From the NCBI GenBank assembly GCA_013239625.1, contig MU054220.1, forward strand, positions 9,025,367-9,089,366: a DNA stretch of 64,000 bases, in the 5' to 3' direction. A program made the translations under genes and the position numbers. Below the pieces are notes generated by a model. The model worked only from the letters and a program-made list of their open reading frames with translations. It was not told the DNA's origin and searched no databases. The stretch is from Lama guanicoe. Taxonomy: Eukaryota. Below, piece by piece: positions 51,719 to 64,000 of this stretch; position 1 is the first letter of the stretch; each line of letters starts with the position of its first letter.

Positions 51719-54479
51719 CTGTAATCAACATTTTAAACTTATTTAAAATTGACTTTATACTTACTACCAGTCCTTTTCACATATATTCAGTACTAATATT
51801 GTTATCATGAATTCATTACTCTGTGGGCTAGATTTTATTATCAACATTTTTTGTTTCCTCTCCAAGAAAAATGGACAGTTGCTTTAATTGCTGAATTCTC
51901 GCCTTTTGACAATATCTGTCTCTTGGCTTTATTATTTAAATGATAAGGACAACTTGGCTGGGTCTAAATTATTTATGATACTTTTTTCATTCAAAAGACA
52001 ATGTATATTGCCACATAGTTTTCTGATATATATTGTTGTAAAAGAAAACTTAGCTTAAATTTTACTCTTCATTGGTAACTTGCTGTTTCTGCCTAGGCAC
52101 TGAATATCCTTATTTGTCTTTGAAGATCAGCAAAATATACCTTGATTTTTGATCTCTCAGTTTTATTTCCACACCACTCACCCATGGATTATTTATTCTT
52201 TTGAAATGGATAATAAACTTTCACTTCAAGAGTATAATTCTGGCATTAGTAAACAAATGTTATGATCACTTTCACTTTGATGCACTTCTTTAGGTGCATT
52301 TTTCTTAAAAGCTGAAAGAATTTCAGTATCTCTAAGTATCTGTGATACTGTAAAATGACATCCCACATTTAGCTTTTTTCTAGATTTTATCTAATACTCG
52401 AGGTGATTTGATCAAGACAATGACACCATCAATTAAAAGCAGCATCATATTTTAAGTACAACTGAAAATGAAAACATCCTGTCACTTATAAACTGTTGTT
52501 TATTGTTAGATGTGCTCCAATTTACAAAAGATCAAAACTTGGGGGATAAAAGTAGGTCTTGGGGAAAAGAAGGTAGGTATTGGAACTAATGAAATATGAT
52601 ACTATCCTCACCTTTCAGGTAAAGAAACCCAACTATGTTTCATAAAAAGACTCAGCTATTTCACTGAAGTGACTAAGCTAGTTAATGGTCAATACAGAAG
52701 CTTCCATTTCCATTTCTTCTAACTCCTATTCTTATTTTTTATGCACCAAAACAGCTCCTTCTATTCAAAAGTACATGGAGGTAGAGGTCAGAGTTAGGAA
52801 CATGAGTTCACAGCAACAAAAATAATAAAACTGTTAAATTAATTTCAAATAAAAATGTCTACTTTCATATTGATCCCTGATACTGGATCATTTTAAATGA
52901 GCCACATATAACCTAAAGTCAACATCATTTCCCTTTCATGTGCGGCTAAAGCTGCTTAACTAACATTCTACTGATTCTATTACACGGCCAGCATTTTAAA
53001 TGGCCTATTATACTGAAGTTGTACCTTCGCTGTCTGGTTTTTTATCTTATGATTAATGGAAATTCTATGACCTTTTGAATAGTAAGTCCTCTTTGGCCAT
53101 TTGTAGATTCTTATTATTACAGCATCTGAACATGATTAGTTTAAATGCACATGAATAAATTTCACTGAAAATAGTTTTTACTTTGTTCATAAACATCTAA
53201 AAGAAAAAAGATCTTGACATGAATAATATGATTGGTGGCTGTTAAGAATGAAATCCATATTAAAAGGAAACTGTGGCTAATTTTGAGTAAACCTATCTCC
53301 AAAGGTTGGAATTATTTTGGCACCAAAAGTTTTTATTAGAGGTTGAACATATGGTTTCATGACCCATCTCCAGAAGAATGTGCTTTGTGAGATCTGGCAT
53401 GTCAATTAAACTCTCTGAGGCTCAGTTTATGATCTCTCCTACATGCAGTGTAGAGTAGACAGGAAAATGCAGCCTATAACTGAGCAGGTATAAACCCAGG
53501 TAAAACTGAGGTGATACTATTATTGAAAGAAGAGTGATAAAAATTCATATTGGGGCATAAGTATCAGTCTCTGTCATAGAAAACTACAAAAATTGACTTT
53601 CCTACTTAAAAATAAAACACATACAAGAAAATACTTTAAAAATATAATGCCTTATTGGTAATACTTTAAGTTTTTCTATAAATTTTCAGACAAAGTAATA
53701 ACTTGTTTTTTGTTATTGTCTCACAATCATAATACTCTAGTAGAAAGAGGAAGGTTTGCCAAGTTTAGTGAAATGCTTGAGTTGAACAGAATCATAGCAA
53801 TCACTTCATTTAAGCAACTTACAAGGCAATTAGTGACACAGGTGAGGGCATTTAAAATGCATGTTACTCTTTATCTTGCCCCATTAAAATAAAGAGGCAT
53901 TTTGTTGAGGCAAGATGATTATCTCTAAGATATTGTTCCTTCATCAAATTTCCCAATTTAACCTACTTGTGAGTTCTCGTAGGGTTTGAGTAAAGAGTAT
54001 GATAATTGAATTGCTTTAGCTAATGATATCCCCTGATGGGGAGGCAGGAAAGCACAGCAAAGTTTTGAGCAGCTGAAGGTACAATTTGGCCTGGCATGAA
54101 CCTCCTTTCTTGCAAAAGACGGAAAGGCAAACAAAACAAAACAAAAACCAGTAAATAACTTTTTGAACTAAATAACTTTTTGTGCTTTAAAGATAAATTT
54201 TAAAATCTCCTTACTAGCAAATTTTCTCAGAATCTATGCTTCCACAGTACATGGTGCAAGCTTTGACTTTTTGATATTTTGAACAAGTTTTGCATTGTAT
54301 CTGAACAAAGAATTGAGAGAGAAGGCAACTTTTCATCTCGAAATGACCTAATTAATAGCCCCTCCACATCAGAAAGCAGTGTGTCATGCAGTCAGTTTGG
54401 AGGCAAATTCTTTTGAGCCACAGGCCCAAATCCTAAACCAGTTCATTTATCAGTCAAAGTTGTTGTTGAAGATTGGTAG

Positions 54480-57400
54480 GGATTATGGCTATGGCTAATT
54501 GAAGGGAATGGCAAATCCTCCCCTCAAAAAGCAACTATAAGCCAAACAAATAGACCACAAACATAACAAAATAAAAACTGAGAAAACAATTTCAGGGCTC
54601 TAAAAATTACCCAAAGGCAGAATACAATCTGAAAAGTATTTATGGTTTAAAACCTGCTGGACACCAAATAAGAAAAGTGGAGACCTACGGCATTCTGAAC
54701 TGGCCTCACATTTTCCCCAACCCCACCCCAGTTCAGCATGGCAGTTCTGCCTGGATGGGTCAAGCCACAAGGGCTATAAGATTCTCTGCAGCAGGCAAAA
54801 TGGGCTTACTTTATTTGGGGGGGTCAGGTGTCACTCATGCCCAGCAACACAGCAGTGGATGTGACTTCTAAGAGGCAGGCAAATGGGAGAGATCAAATTC
54901 ATGTGTCTGCTATCTTGACATTGTGTGGTTAGAAGACAAGCATATTTCTGATTGAGACTGGTCACTGAAACAGGATAAAAAGCAGCAACGGACAAAATAT
55001 TTCATAAAATAATGACTAAAAACTTTCAAATTTGATGAAAACAATAATTCATACAACCAAAAAGCTCCACAAACCTAAGACAGATAAATACAAAAAGATC
55101 CATATTTAGATACACTACTTTCAGACTACTGAAAGACAAAGACAAAAATCTTGAAATCAACAAGAGAAAACAATTCATTGCATACAGGGGAACATCAATA
55201 TTATCGTTTCTCATCAGAAGCAATGGAGATCAGAAAGTAGAGAGACAGCATATTCAAAGTGGTGAAAAAATGTAAATGGTCAACAAAAAGTTCTATACAC
55301 TGCAAAACAGTTATACAAAAATGAAGTGAAATAGAAACAGAAAATTTATTGCTAGCAGAAATGCCTTACCAGAGATAATAAAGGAATTTCTTCAGGCTGA
55401 CAAAATATGACACCAGATTTTAAATGAAATCCACAGGAACAAATTAAGATCATGGAAAGTGGCAAATATATGAGTTAATAAAGAATAATATAAATCCAAA
55501 TCTATTTTACATACATTTATGTAAGTACACAAATACATATTTTCCCTTAACTTTTATGTAAGACAAAAGGTTATATAAAGTAAGTATAACTATTTTTTGG
55601 TCTCATGATACATATAAACATAACATATTTTAGCAAAAAGAAAGGAAGAGACAATAAAGTATACTGGAACAAAGTTTGATAATTTAACCAAAATTGAGTC
55701 AGTATTAATATGAAGCAGTTTGTGATAAATTAACATGCATATTATAATACTTAAAACAACCATTCAGAAAACCACCAAAAAATTCATTTAAAAATCAACA
55801 CAGGAGTGGAAATGCTACATTAAAAAATGTATTCAGCACAAAATAATACAGTCAAGGAGAAACACTGAGATACAACTAAGTGATAGGACATCTAGAAAAC
55901 AAATTACAAAGATAAATCCAATGACATCAATTACTTTGAACATGAACAGTCTAAATATTCCAAACAAGCAAAGACTATTAGATCATATATGAATAAAAAA
56001 GCAAAACCAGCTATAAGCTCTTTGTAAGACATCCAACTTAAGACTAAGAGACAAAAGTAGATTGAAAGTAAAATGAAAATGTTTATCATGCAAATAGTAA
56101 GCTTAAGAGAGTGGAATGTTATATTAACGTAAGACAAAAGAGACTTTAAGGCAAAAAATATAATGAGAGAAAATTTCATAATGATAACAGGGTCAATGCA
56201 TCAGGAAGATATAACAATTATAAACATATGTGTACCTAAGAAAACAGGCCCAAAACATATGAAACAAACCAAAAAAAAAAAAAAAAGAATTGAACACAGA
56301 AGTCAGTGCTATAATAATAGTGAGAAAGTTTGATACTTTACTCTCAGTAAGTGATAAAGCTAATCACAAAAATCATACGCTATATAGAAGACTTGAACAA
56401 CAGTATGAACCTAACAGATAGCTATATGTAAATTCTACCCAACAACAGAATCCACATTTTTTAATGCATCATTTTCCAGGATAGACCATAAGCTTGGCAG
56501 TAAAACAAGCCATAATACATTCTAAAGTATTGAAATCATAAATAGCATGTGATCTGACCACAATGGAAATACATTAGAGATCAACAACAGAAAGAAATAC
56601 GAAAAATCCCCTAATGTTATTTTAAAAACACCATTTCAAATAACTTATGTATCATAGAAGAAATCACAGGCAAAATAGAAAATATTCTGAAATGAACAGA
56701 AGACACAATATATCATAATTTATGTGATACAGCTAAAACAGTGCTTAGACCTGAGTTTACACCTTAAGAAACTAGATAGCCAGGAGCAAACTAAACCTAA
56801 ACAACTAGAAGCAAGGAAATAAAAAAATGTTAGTAGAGACATCAATGAAATAAAAAGCAGATAAACAACTGAGAAAAATCAGTGAAATTCATAAGCTTTT
56901 TGTTTTAAAAATTCAAGAAATGCAAATTACCAAAAAACAAGAAGAAAAAAAGGAGACAACGGTAATGACCCTAGAGAAATAAAAATAGGTTATAAGGCCT
57001 TATTATGAAAAGCTTTATGCCAACAAAATATACAACTGAGATGAAACAAAAAAAAAAATCCAAAAAATAAATGCTCAAAACTGACTTAGAAAGAAATAGA
57101 AAATCTGAATATAGTTATAAAACATAAATAAATTAAATTGGTAATGAAAAAAAGAGACCCACAAAGAGAACCCCAAGACTGGGTGAATTCTATCAACAAA
57201 GGAAAGAATTATTATAAATTCTTTACAAATTCTTTTTTAAAAAATTTAAGAGAAGGAATCACCAACTCATTTTCTGAGACTCGTATTATTCTGTTAACTC
57301 AATCCAGACAAAGATAACCCAAGAAAAGAGAACTATAGACAAACATCCCCCTTGAACATACACGTAAAATCCTTGACAAAATATTAGTAACCTAAATAAA

Positions 57401-58137
57401 TTATTATATACCACAATTGTCTTAGTTGGTTCAGGCTGCTCTAACAAGCTATCATAGACTCAGTGGCTTAAACAACACAAATTTACTACTTACAGTTCTG
57501 TAGGTTGGGAAGTCCAAAATCAAGGTGGTGGTTGATGTGGTTTCTGGTTAGAGCCCTTTTCTTGGTTTGTAGATGGCATTCTTCTCATTGTAGCCTGACA
57601 TGATGGAAAACAGAGAGAAACAAGCTTTCTCATATCTCTTCTTATAAGGACACTAATCCCATAATGAGGGCTACACCATTACGAAATATTCACATCTAAC
57701 ATAACCCTTAGTGGTGAAAATAAATGCTTTCCTCCAAAGATGAGAAATGACTCAAATTTATGCATTCTTGCCATGTCTTTTTAACCTCGTACTGGATGCT
57801 CTTGCCATGGCTATCTGACAAAAAATATAATAAAGTAAAATTACCTTATTTGTAGGTGACATGATTTTGTGTGTAGAAAATCCTACGGAAGCCACTAAAA
57901 TACTGTTAGAATTAATTAAAGAGTTCATCAAGATCACAAGATACAAGATAAATACATTAAAACCAACTGTATTTCCATATACTAGAAGTGAAAACACAAA
58001 AATGAAATTAAAAATTCCATTTACAATAAGATCAAAGAATAAAATGCCTAGGAATATATTTAATACTCAAGTAAGTGAATAACTTATACTGAAAACTACA
58101 AAGCATTGTTGAAAAAAATTTAAAAAGTTCTAAATCA
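54480..58137 (+). mobile_element. Long, internally deleted old L1 (5'UTR, ORF1, ORF2 EN/RT remnants)
   Basis: ORF1 motifs (aaataatgactaaaaactttcaaatttgatgaaaac); EN motifs (cataatgataacagggtcaatgcatcaggaagatataacaattataaacatatgtgtaccta); RT-region ORF 57861-58082 (MILCVENPTEATKILLELIKEFIKITRYKIN). Confidence 0.9.
57418..57705 (-). mobile_element. MLT1A-like MaLR LTR nested in L1
   Basis: tgtcttagttggttcaggctgctctaacaa...gtggcttaaacaaca...tacagttctgtaggttgggaagtccaaaatcaagg...tctcttcttataaggacactaatccc. Confidence 0.9.
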
Positions 58138-58189
58138 ACTAACTTTATTCTTACTACTGAATAATATATACTAATTTTTTAGCTGCTTG

Positions 58190-58320
58190 TAATTTTTGTT
58201 CCTTCTAGAATATAAACATGAAGGAAGGCCTTTTGTATCTTTACTGTACTGCTGTAATTGGGGGACCTACAAAAGTGTCAGGCACCTAGTAGGCTAAATA
58301 AATATTTGTCTAATAAATTA
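58190..58320 (+). mobile_element. L2 3' end
   Basis: ctagaatataaacatgaagg...aaagtgtcaggcacctagtaggctaaataaatatttgt. Confidence 0.7.
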
Positions 58321-59470
58321 TAAAGAGTAACTCCTGAATACAATTAAATATTATAATTGAACAAGACTTCAACTGATTTGACTAAACATTAGCTAAAACA
58401 CAGACAACATCAATTTCCTAGTCGTAGCTAAGGGACTGTATTAAAATCCTCGCATGTCTGGTCATTAAAAAATCAAAACAAATGAAACAAATAACAAACA
58501 CTTTCCATTTCAACTGGATAACATGTTCACAGATCATACAAGCACTTATATGAAAATCAGATGGAAAATAAATTCAATATTTTTCTATATAAATTTATTA
58601 CTGGTTTACCACTATCTTTTTATTTATATTTCAGTATTAAACTTAATATAATTTATCTCCCTTAGGGAGCCTCACAGATATTTTAACAGCTGTACACATA
58701 ATACTACTCTCTCAAGAGAACAGGGATTTATCCCCACAGACAATTCATCATGGCTTTCTGGAAATGCTTTACAGACCAGTCTTCCCAGGGCTATTAATCT
58801 CCTTCCTTATAAATGGCCTTATTACACAGTTTAACTGTTTGTAACCTGAGTTTTCTTTTATACTTCATATTTATTCTGTAACTATAGTAAAAGCCTCCAA
58901 TAAAATACTCTGTAGGATCCAAAAATTCAATCTCATAAAATGCTATGAGAACAAGAAACAAGCCGCTGGTTGAGAGTGATCCTCATTTTGGCTACAGGAC
59001 TTAAATCCTTTTTGGATCCAGTTGCTTTGGTAAGGGTTGAAAACTTAAATACTCCAAGTGATACTTCTATATTCCATGCTTAGATAAATTCTCCTAGAAA
59101 GTTAGTCTTTTTTATTGGTCCAAAGAGAATTTACTGGGAAACAGGGGGCATGAGGATCCATGACTGTGTGCCCCTGGATGCATTATTTTGTGCTTCCACT
59201 TGGCCTCGCCATCCTCCCTCCTTTCTCTTCCCACTGTCCTCACCCATCCTTAAGAACCTGTTTCAGGAGGGCGATGGGAGACAATAGCCAACTGAACCAG
59301 GCCTAAATTTATAATACAGTTTTGTTTGAATCTTCTGTAATCAAATTTTGGGGAAGGTGGGATTAGAGTTGGTGGAAAAGTTAAATAAGTTACTTTTGCC
59401 TATATAGTTGTCATTTTAGCTCCCACTAGCAAATGCATCATCACCAAACTGAGATAAAATGACACCAATT

Positions 59471-59614
59471 GGGGGGAGGGTATAGCTCAGTGACAGAGTG
59501 CATGCTTAGCATGCAGGAAGTCCTGGGTTCAATCTCCAGTACCTCCATTAAAAATAAAAAAACCAACAAACCTAACTATTCCCCCCCCCCGAATTTTTTT
59601 AACTTAAAAAAAAA
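59471..59614 (+). mobile_element. Camelid Vic-1-type SINE
   Basis: ggggagggtatagctcagtgacagagtgcatgcttagcatgcaggaagtcctgggttcaatctccagtacctcc, an A-rich linker, aacctaactattcccccc and an A tail; Pol III A and B boxes visible. Confidence 0.9.
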
Positions 59615-59653
59615 GTGAAAAAAATTAATTCACAAAAGTTTAAAAATACTTAC

Positions 59654-60289
59654 TAGTGGTCTTGGAAGCCTCCAATCACGACTTAGATCTCGGCATAGGT
59701 CAGGCTTCAGCTCCTTTACCCGCTGCTTTTACCCTGGGGGCCTGGTGGGCTGTATGCGCTTGACCACCTTCAGGTACAAGCGTCAGGCTCCTTGCCCACC
59801 ACCTGAGGGAAATACCGGGCTTTATCTTCCCCCTCCTCCTGCTGTCTGGCCCCGTCTGCTTTCTGGGGCCCCGGGGGTTCCTCGGCATCACAGTCTCCAC
59901 TGGCCTCTGCTGGTGCCTTCTTCATGACCCCCAGGCTCTTCTTCTAGCGGGCTTCTCAATGCTCCCACTTGCGCGGGAAGCTGTGGGCCTGCTGGCTCGC
60001 TCTCTGGGCCTTTAGCTGTAGCTTTTCCTTCTTGGCTCCCAGGATGCCCTGGAGCTCCTCCAAAGTTTTGTGCAGGAAGCACGTTCCCCTCCAATACACT
60101 TCTGAATCTTGAAGAGCTGTAGGTTAACCGAAGCCCAGACTTGGCAGCGCCAGGCAAACGCCCGGGGCTGTTTGGTAACTGGGTTCCAAATCTGGCTTTG
60201 CCTAGAAAGCCCAAGGCCATGGCCAGCAGCTAACCTGAGTCCTGAAGGCGGCTCATGTTGGGGCGCTTCTCCTGGAGAAGCTTCATCAT
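59654..60289 (-). pseudogene. Candidate first exon of a decayed gene (coiled-coil-like remnant) or of a lncRNA
   Basis: Lies in the CpG island; acaATGATG at 60289; perfect donor CTA|gtaagt at 59654/59653; protein-like blocks in different frames separated by stops. Confidence 0.45.
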
Positions 60290-60760
60290 TGTGAACCCCA
60301 GAGGGTCCAGGCAGTACCACGCAATCCTTCAAAGACTGTTTTGGGGTTTTTTTTTTCCGTCTCTGCAGGCGGGTAGCAGTGGTATGCGGCTGCAAGAGCT
60401 AAGGCAGGTTCAGGCTAAGAGTCTTCCCCTGGCCCTGAAGGACGCAACCAAGTGCGGCTGCGCAACGTGGTTCCCGTGGTTTCCGCGTTGCGTCTCCCTG
60501 GGCGCATGCGCGCGCACGCGCGCTTACTCCTTGTTGCCGCAACCATCTTAATTGCACCTTAATGTAGTCTCCTCCTCAAAGCTGCCTCTGCCCGCCGCGT
60601 GAAGCGCTGCCCTGCTCCCTTCAGCACCCGAGCGCAGCCTAACAGGTAAACCTCTTTGTTATATATGCATAGGGCTTTTAAAAGCTGACTAAAGTTAAGA
60701 TTTGTGTTTTGTGACTGCGGTGCGAGACGGGCTATGTCAAAGAGGACAGGTAAGAGTGAA
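59690..60760. promoter_or_regulatory. CpG island / probable bidirectional promoter
   Basis: The only strongly GC- and CpG-rich non-repeat region; densest at 60440-60640; splice donors lead away on both strands. Confidence 0.8.
60502..60523. promoter_or_regulatory. NRF1 site within a 22-bp alternating purine-pyrimidine tract
   Basis: gcgcatgcgcgcgcacgcgcgc; GCGCATGCGC (60502-60511) is the NRF1 palindromic core. Confidence 0.75.
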
Positions 60761-61059
60761 ATAAAGCTCTTGTTAAATAGGCATTGCAGTCGGGAGGCTT
60801 GAAATCCCTTCGCCTTGTTAAATGCTCAGCGCATGTGCTTTCCTCCCTGCCCACTTTTGTGTGCTTTTCAGAACCGACATACCCCTCTTTTGCCCTAAAC
60901 AGCTAATGATATGTGTTCCTGAATGTGAAAAAGTATTTCCTTGGAATTTTTCACTCCTCCTTCAAACCCTGGCCTTCGGTTGTTTATTCCGCCGTGGAGT
61001 TTCTGTTTGGTGTGGGCCTCACCCCTCCAGGTGTTCTTGGTTAGTGTTTAAAATGGCTT

Positions 61060-61705
61060 TCTTACGGAGCCAAACTTGCGTCTGCTCACCTGTTGGAGGT
61101 GAAGCCAATTTACTGACACTGGGTTGTGGTGAGGGGAAGGGGAGTGTTTATTGCAGGGCACCAAGCAAGTAGCCCAGGCAGCTGGTGCTTAAATGGTCCA
61201 AAACCCTGGATGGCTCTCAGGAAAGGATTGTTAAAGATAGAGTGAGGGAGGAGGGTTGTGGTGAGCTTGATCAGCTCCTGGACATTCTTATGATTGGTTG
61301 GTGATTAGGTAATTGGGAGTTAGCATTATCAACCTTCTGTTTCGGACTGGTCTGGTATCAAAGTGCTTGTGGGGAATATAGAGTTAACTTCTTCCACCTG
61401 GTGGAGATTTCAGTGTCTGCAAAACAGCTCAAAGGATATGGCTCAGAACATTATCGCCTTTTGAGGAGGTCCTCCACTTTGTTAAATGTCTAAACTAGTA
61501 CTGTTTTTGTCTTGTTTGACTGTTTTCCTTTGTTTCTGCATTTTCTCACTTCTCTTACTAAATTTATTCTTTGGAATTCAGGAAAGGCCCAAGAGGCTAA
61601 AGTTTTTCTACAAACAAGAGGCAGGTGGAGGACATAGGGGTGGGGAAGTCTTGGGGGGGGAGGGGTCTATCCCAGAAAGCCCCCATGGGGTCCTGCTTGG
61701 TTACA
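61060..61705 (-). mobile_element. ERV1-type solo LTR (646 bp) with 4-bp TSD GCTT
   Basis: Reverse strand starts tgtaaccaagcaggaccccatgggg; CCAAT boxes and AATAAA on the minus strand (gattggttgg, tttatt at about 61147); gctt at 61056-61059 and 61706-61709. Confidence 0.85.
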
Positions 61706-64000
61706 GCTTCAGACTGGCTCTTTCTCTGAGTCACACACATGTGGTAGTGGAAATATTTCCACCTCCTTGTTCCTGGCATTACTGTAAGTGTATCTATGGC
61801 TCAGTGTACAACTAGATATCTTTCTCTCCCCTGCCCCTCACTCCCCTTCCTCCTGTCCCCACCCTGTTGGTTCAAGCTGATATGATAGCTGTAGCCTTTA
61901 TATTCCTCAAAAGAGTCCACTGTGTTACTCCCCTACAGTTATAGAAAACACCACGTTTTCCAAGGGATCGCATAGTAGCCCTTCTCATTAGAATTGGGTT
62001 GGCCGTAGGCACCCTCATTCCTCTGCTTTGGGGAAGAAGAGATTCACAGCACACCCGTAACTCTCTCCAAAGCTAGAGCCCTCACATATCCTCTCTCTGA
62101 TGTCTGTCTGTCCTTGAGGGCTAACCAGAATCTCAAACTTGTTTTCCAATTCTTCCTTTGCCAATTTCGTATAGCTCTGGCATATCACTTGGAATTTTAT
62201 GTTTGGTTTGCTCTTGTTTTAAAATTACTATTATGTTTCCACCGCTGGAGAGTGGTGGGTCTAGGATATAAACATACGTCAACCTGACTCCAAAGCGCCT
62301 GCTCTGTAAGATGTCCCCAGTCTCAAGTCCACAGTCTCCCACCTCTCTCCATCGCGATCAGTATCTCCTTGCCTCCTGACCTCTTTAAATGCTCTAAGAA
62401 AGCGTCATTCCCGCCACACTCTTGGGAACCTTTACTTTGGTTTCTGAAGGAGAATCTATTCCAGCTCTTACATGTTAACTTTAAAGAACCCACTAACATT
62501 AACCTCTTCTTCCTTTTCTTGTTCTTTATCCAGGAAGTTTCTTTGTGGGAACATCTGTATGGCAACTGATCTTCCCACACAGCGTCTTAGAATGTGACAG
62601 CAGCTATTTTCCTTCTCAGACAGACCTTGTATAATCAGCAACTATGTTAGTATCAAGAATGTTCACCTGAGCATTCTAAAGATCCTGTTTTTTTTTTTTC
62701 AGTAAATAGATTTGGCTGCTGAGCGGCATAATTTATTCTGTTTTCCCTTTGAAATATATTTAATCACAAACTAGAAGGTCAGATGGGCCTATATTTACAG
62801 ACTGATAATTTCAGTCATTTCTAATTTATTTGGTTGTATTTTTAAAAAACAAAAGAATGGTAGTCTAATGTATGCAAGAAATATTAACTGGGATTGAGAA
62901 GACTGATAATACCTGATCAGACACCCACATAAGATTGTTGATAAATGTATATAATAGAACTTTGTAAAACGTAGTGGGATTTTAATACTGTTACCCATCC
63001 CCACACCTCGCTTCATAATGCACAGAAAAGTATTGGTTACATTCATCAAGAAAATATACATAATCCAAAGACACATAGTTGAAAAAACACTTTATTATTA
63101 AAAGTTCTACATTTGTCAACATTGAAATTTCATTTTATGAGGTTAGCGAGAATACGTTGAGGGGGACATTGCTTTAATTCTGATCCACTAAATTGTAAAC
63201 TAGTGAATACTTTGAATATATTCTTCAAACCATTTGTAATATATCAGAATCATGATAGGTTTTGACAAAGCAAAAGATGCAGACATCATCTTTGTTTTTT
63301 ACCTTTGTGTTTGCCAATTATTTATCTTGCCTTTCCCCAGATTTTATTTGATTCATTCTGTTCAAATAATGTACAATGAGATCAAGCCACAGGAACTCCA
63401 AACGCTCAGACTATGATTGCCAGCCAGTAAATAGGTTCTCTTTCAACTTCATTTAAATAACAGCTCCTGAATCTTCTTATAATGAAAGGAGCCTGAAATA
63501 AAAAGATTGCTCTCTTTTACATGAAACACTCCTCCACACACATTTTAGTAAAACCAGCATCTCTAAATCATCCCTTTGATAATTATGGAATTAAACACAA
63601 TTTCCAATTACACAAAAGAGAAATTATCTAGCATAAGTGTAGGTTAAGTCAGTAATAGAGTTAATTAAAATGAGCACAGGTAGAAATAGCCTTGGGGGAG
63701 GGGCAGAGCGGTCATTTCTCAAAGTGAAGAAATGAAAAGCCAAAGGGGAAGCACGGTAATAAAAAGAAAACCCAAGTAAGCTACAAATAGATATGTATCT
63801 AATTTAAGTCAGTTTAAAAGCTAAATATTTTTTCCTGCCATCTCATTACATTAGTCAGATTTTCCGAAGATCAGTTAATTCTGTGTCCTCTGAATGCATG
63901 AGCACTGTAGTCCTTCTCAGAAGTTATACTGATGAAATGATTGGGGAACACTTAGCATTAACCTTAAACTGTGCAGTTTATGTGCTTGATGTGAACTCTG

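Noticed and set aside
59471..59546. tRNA-Ala-like sequence (also 7335-7408, minus strand)
   Set aside because: Followed by the SINE body and A tail, with no proper acceptor stem; these are SINE heads, not tRNA genes.
59888..60395. 110-aa and 127-aa ORFs as intact single-exon genes
   Set aside because: Both stop well before the exon-1 donor and show no recognisable homology; better explained as pieces of a disrupted exon or as GC-rich chance ORFs.
1..64000. Prokaryotic-type systems (operons, CRISPR, rRNA) or a foreign insert
   Set aside because: Mammalian repeats are distributed throughout; no long ORF, repeat-spacer array or compositional discontinuity other than the CpG island.

Overview
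AT-rich, CpG-depleted mammalian genomic DNA, most likely camelid (alpaca/llama/camel). The assignment rests on two tRNA-Ala-derived Vic-1-type SINEs and artiodactyl-style L1 3' ends; I saw no Alu, B1/B2, Bov-tA/BovB or PRE-1. Much of the window is interspersed repeat: old and young L1, L2, MIR, MER5A/MER20/MER33 hAT elements, MaLR and ERVL LTRs, and five ERV1-type solo LTRs, three with perfect 4-bp target-site duplications (TSDs). I recognise no intact protein-coding gene. The supplied ORFs are L1 ORF2 remnants or chance ORFs. The main non-repeat structure is a CpG island at about 59.7-60.76 kb with an NRF1/Z-DNA core and splice donors on both strands. A minus-strand series of exon-like segments runs from it (60289-59654, 49275-48826, 28555-28300, possibly 9017-8971, 6027-5922 and 2064-1998). 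These have canonical splice sites and long protein-like frames broken by stops and frameshifts, which fits a decayed unitary pseudogene or a lncRNA derived from a former coding gene. I could not identify the gene. Repeat subfamily names come from recalled consensus motifs, and boundaries without a TSD are approximate.
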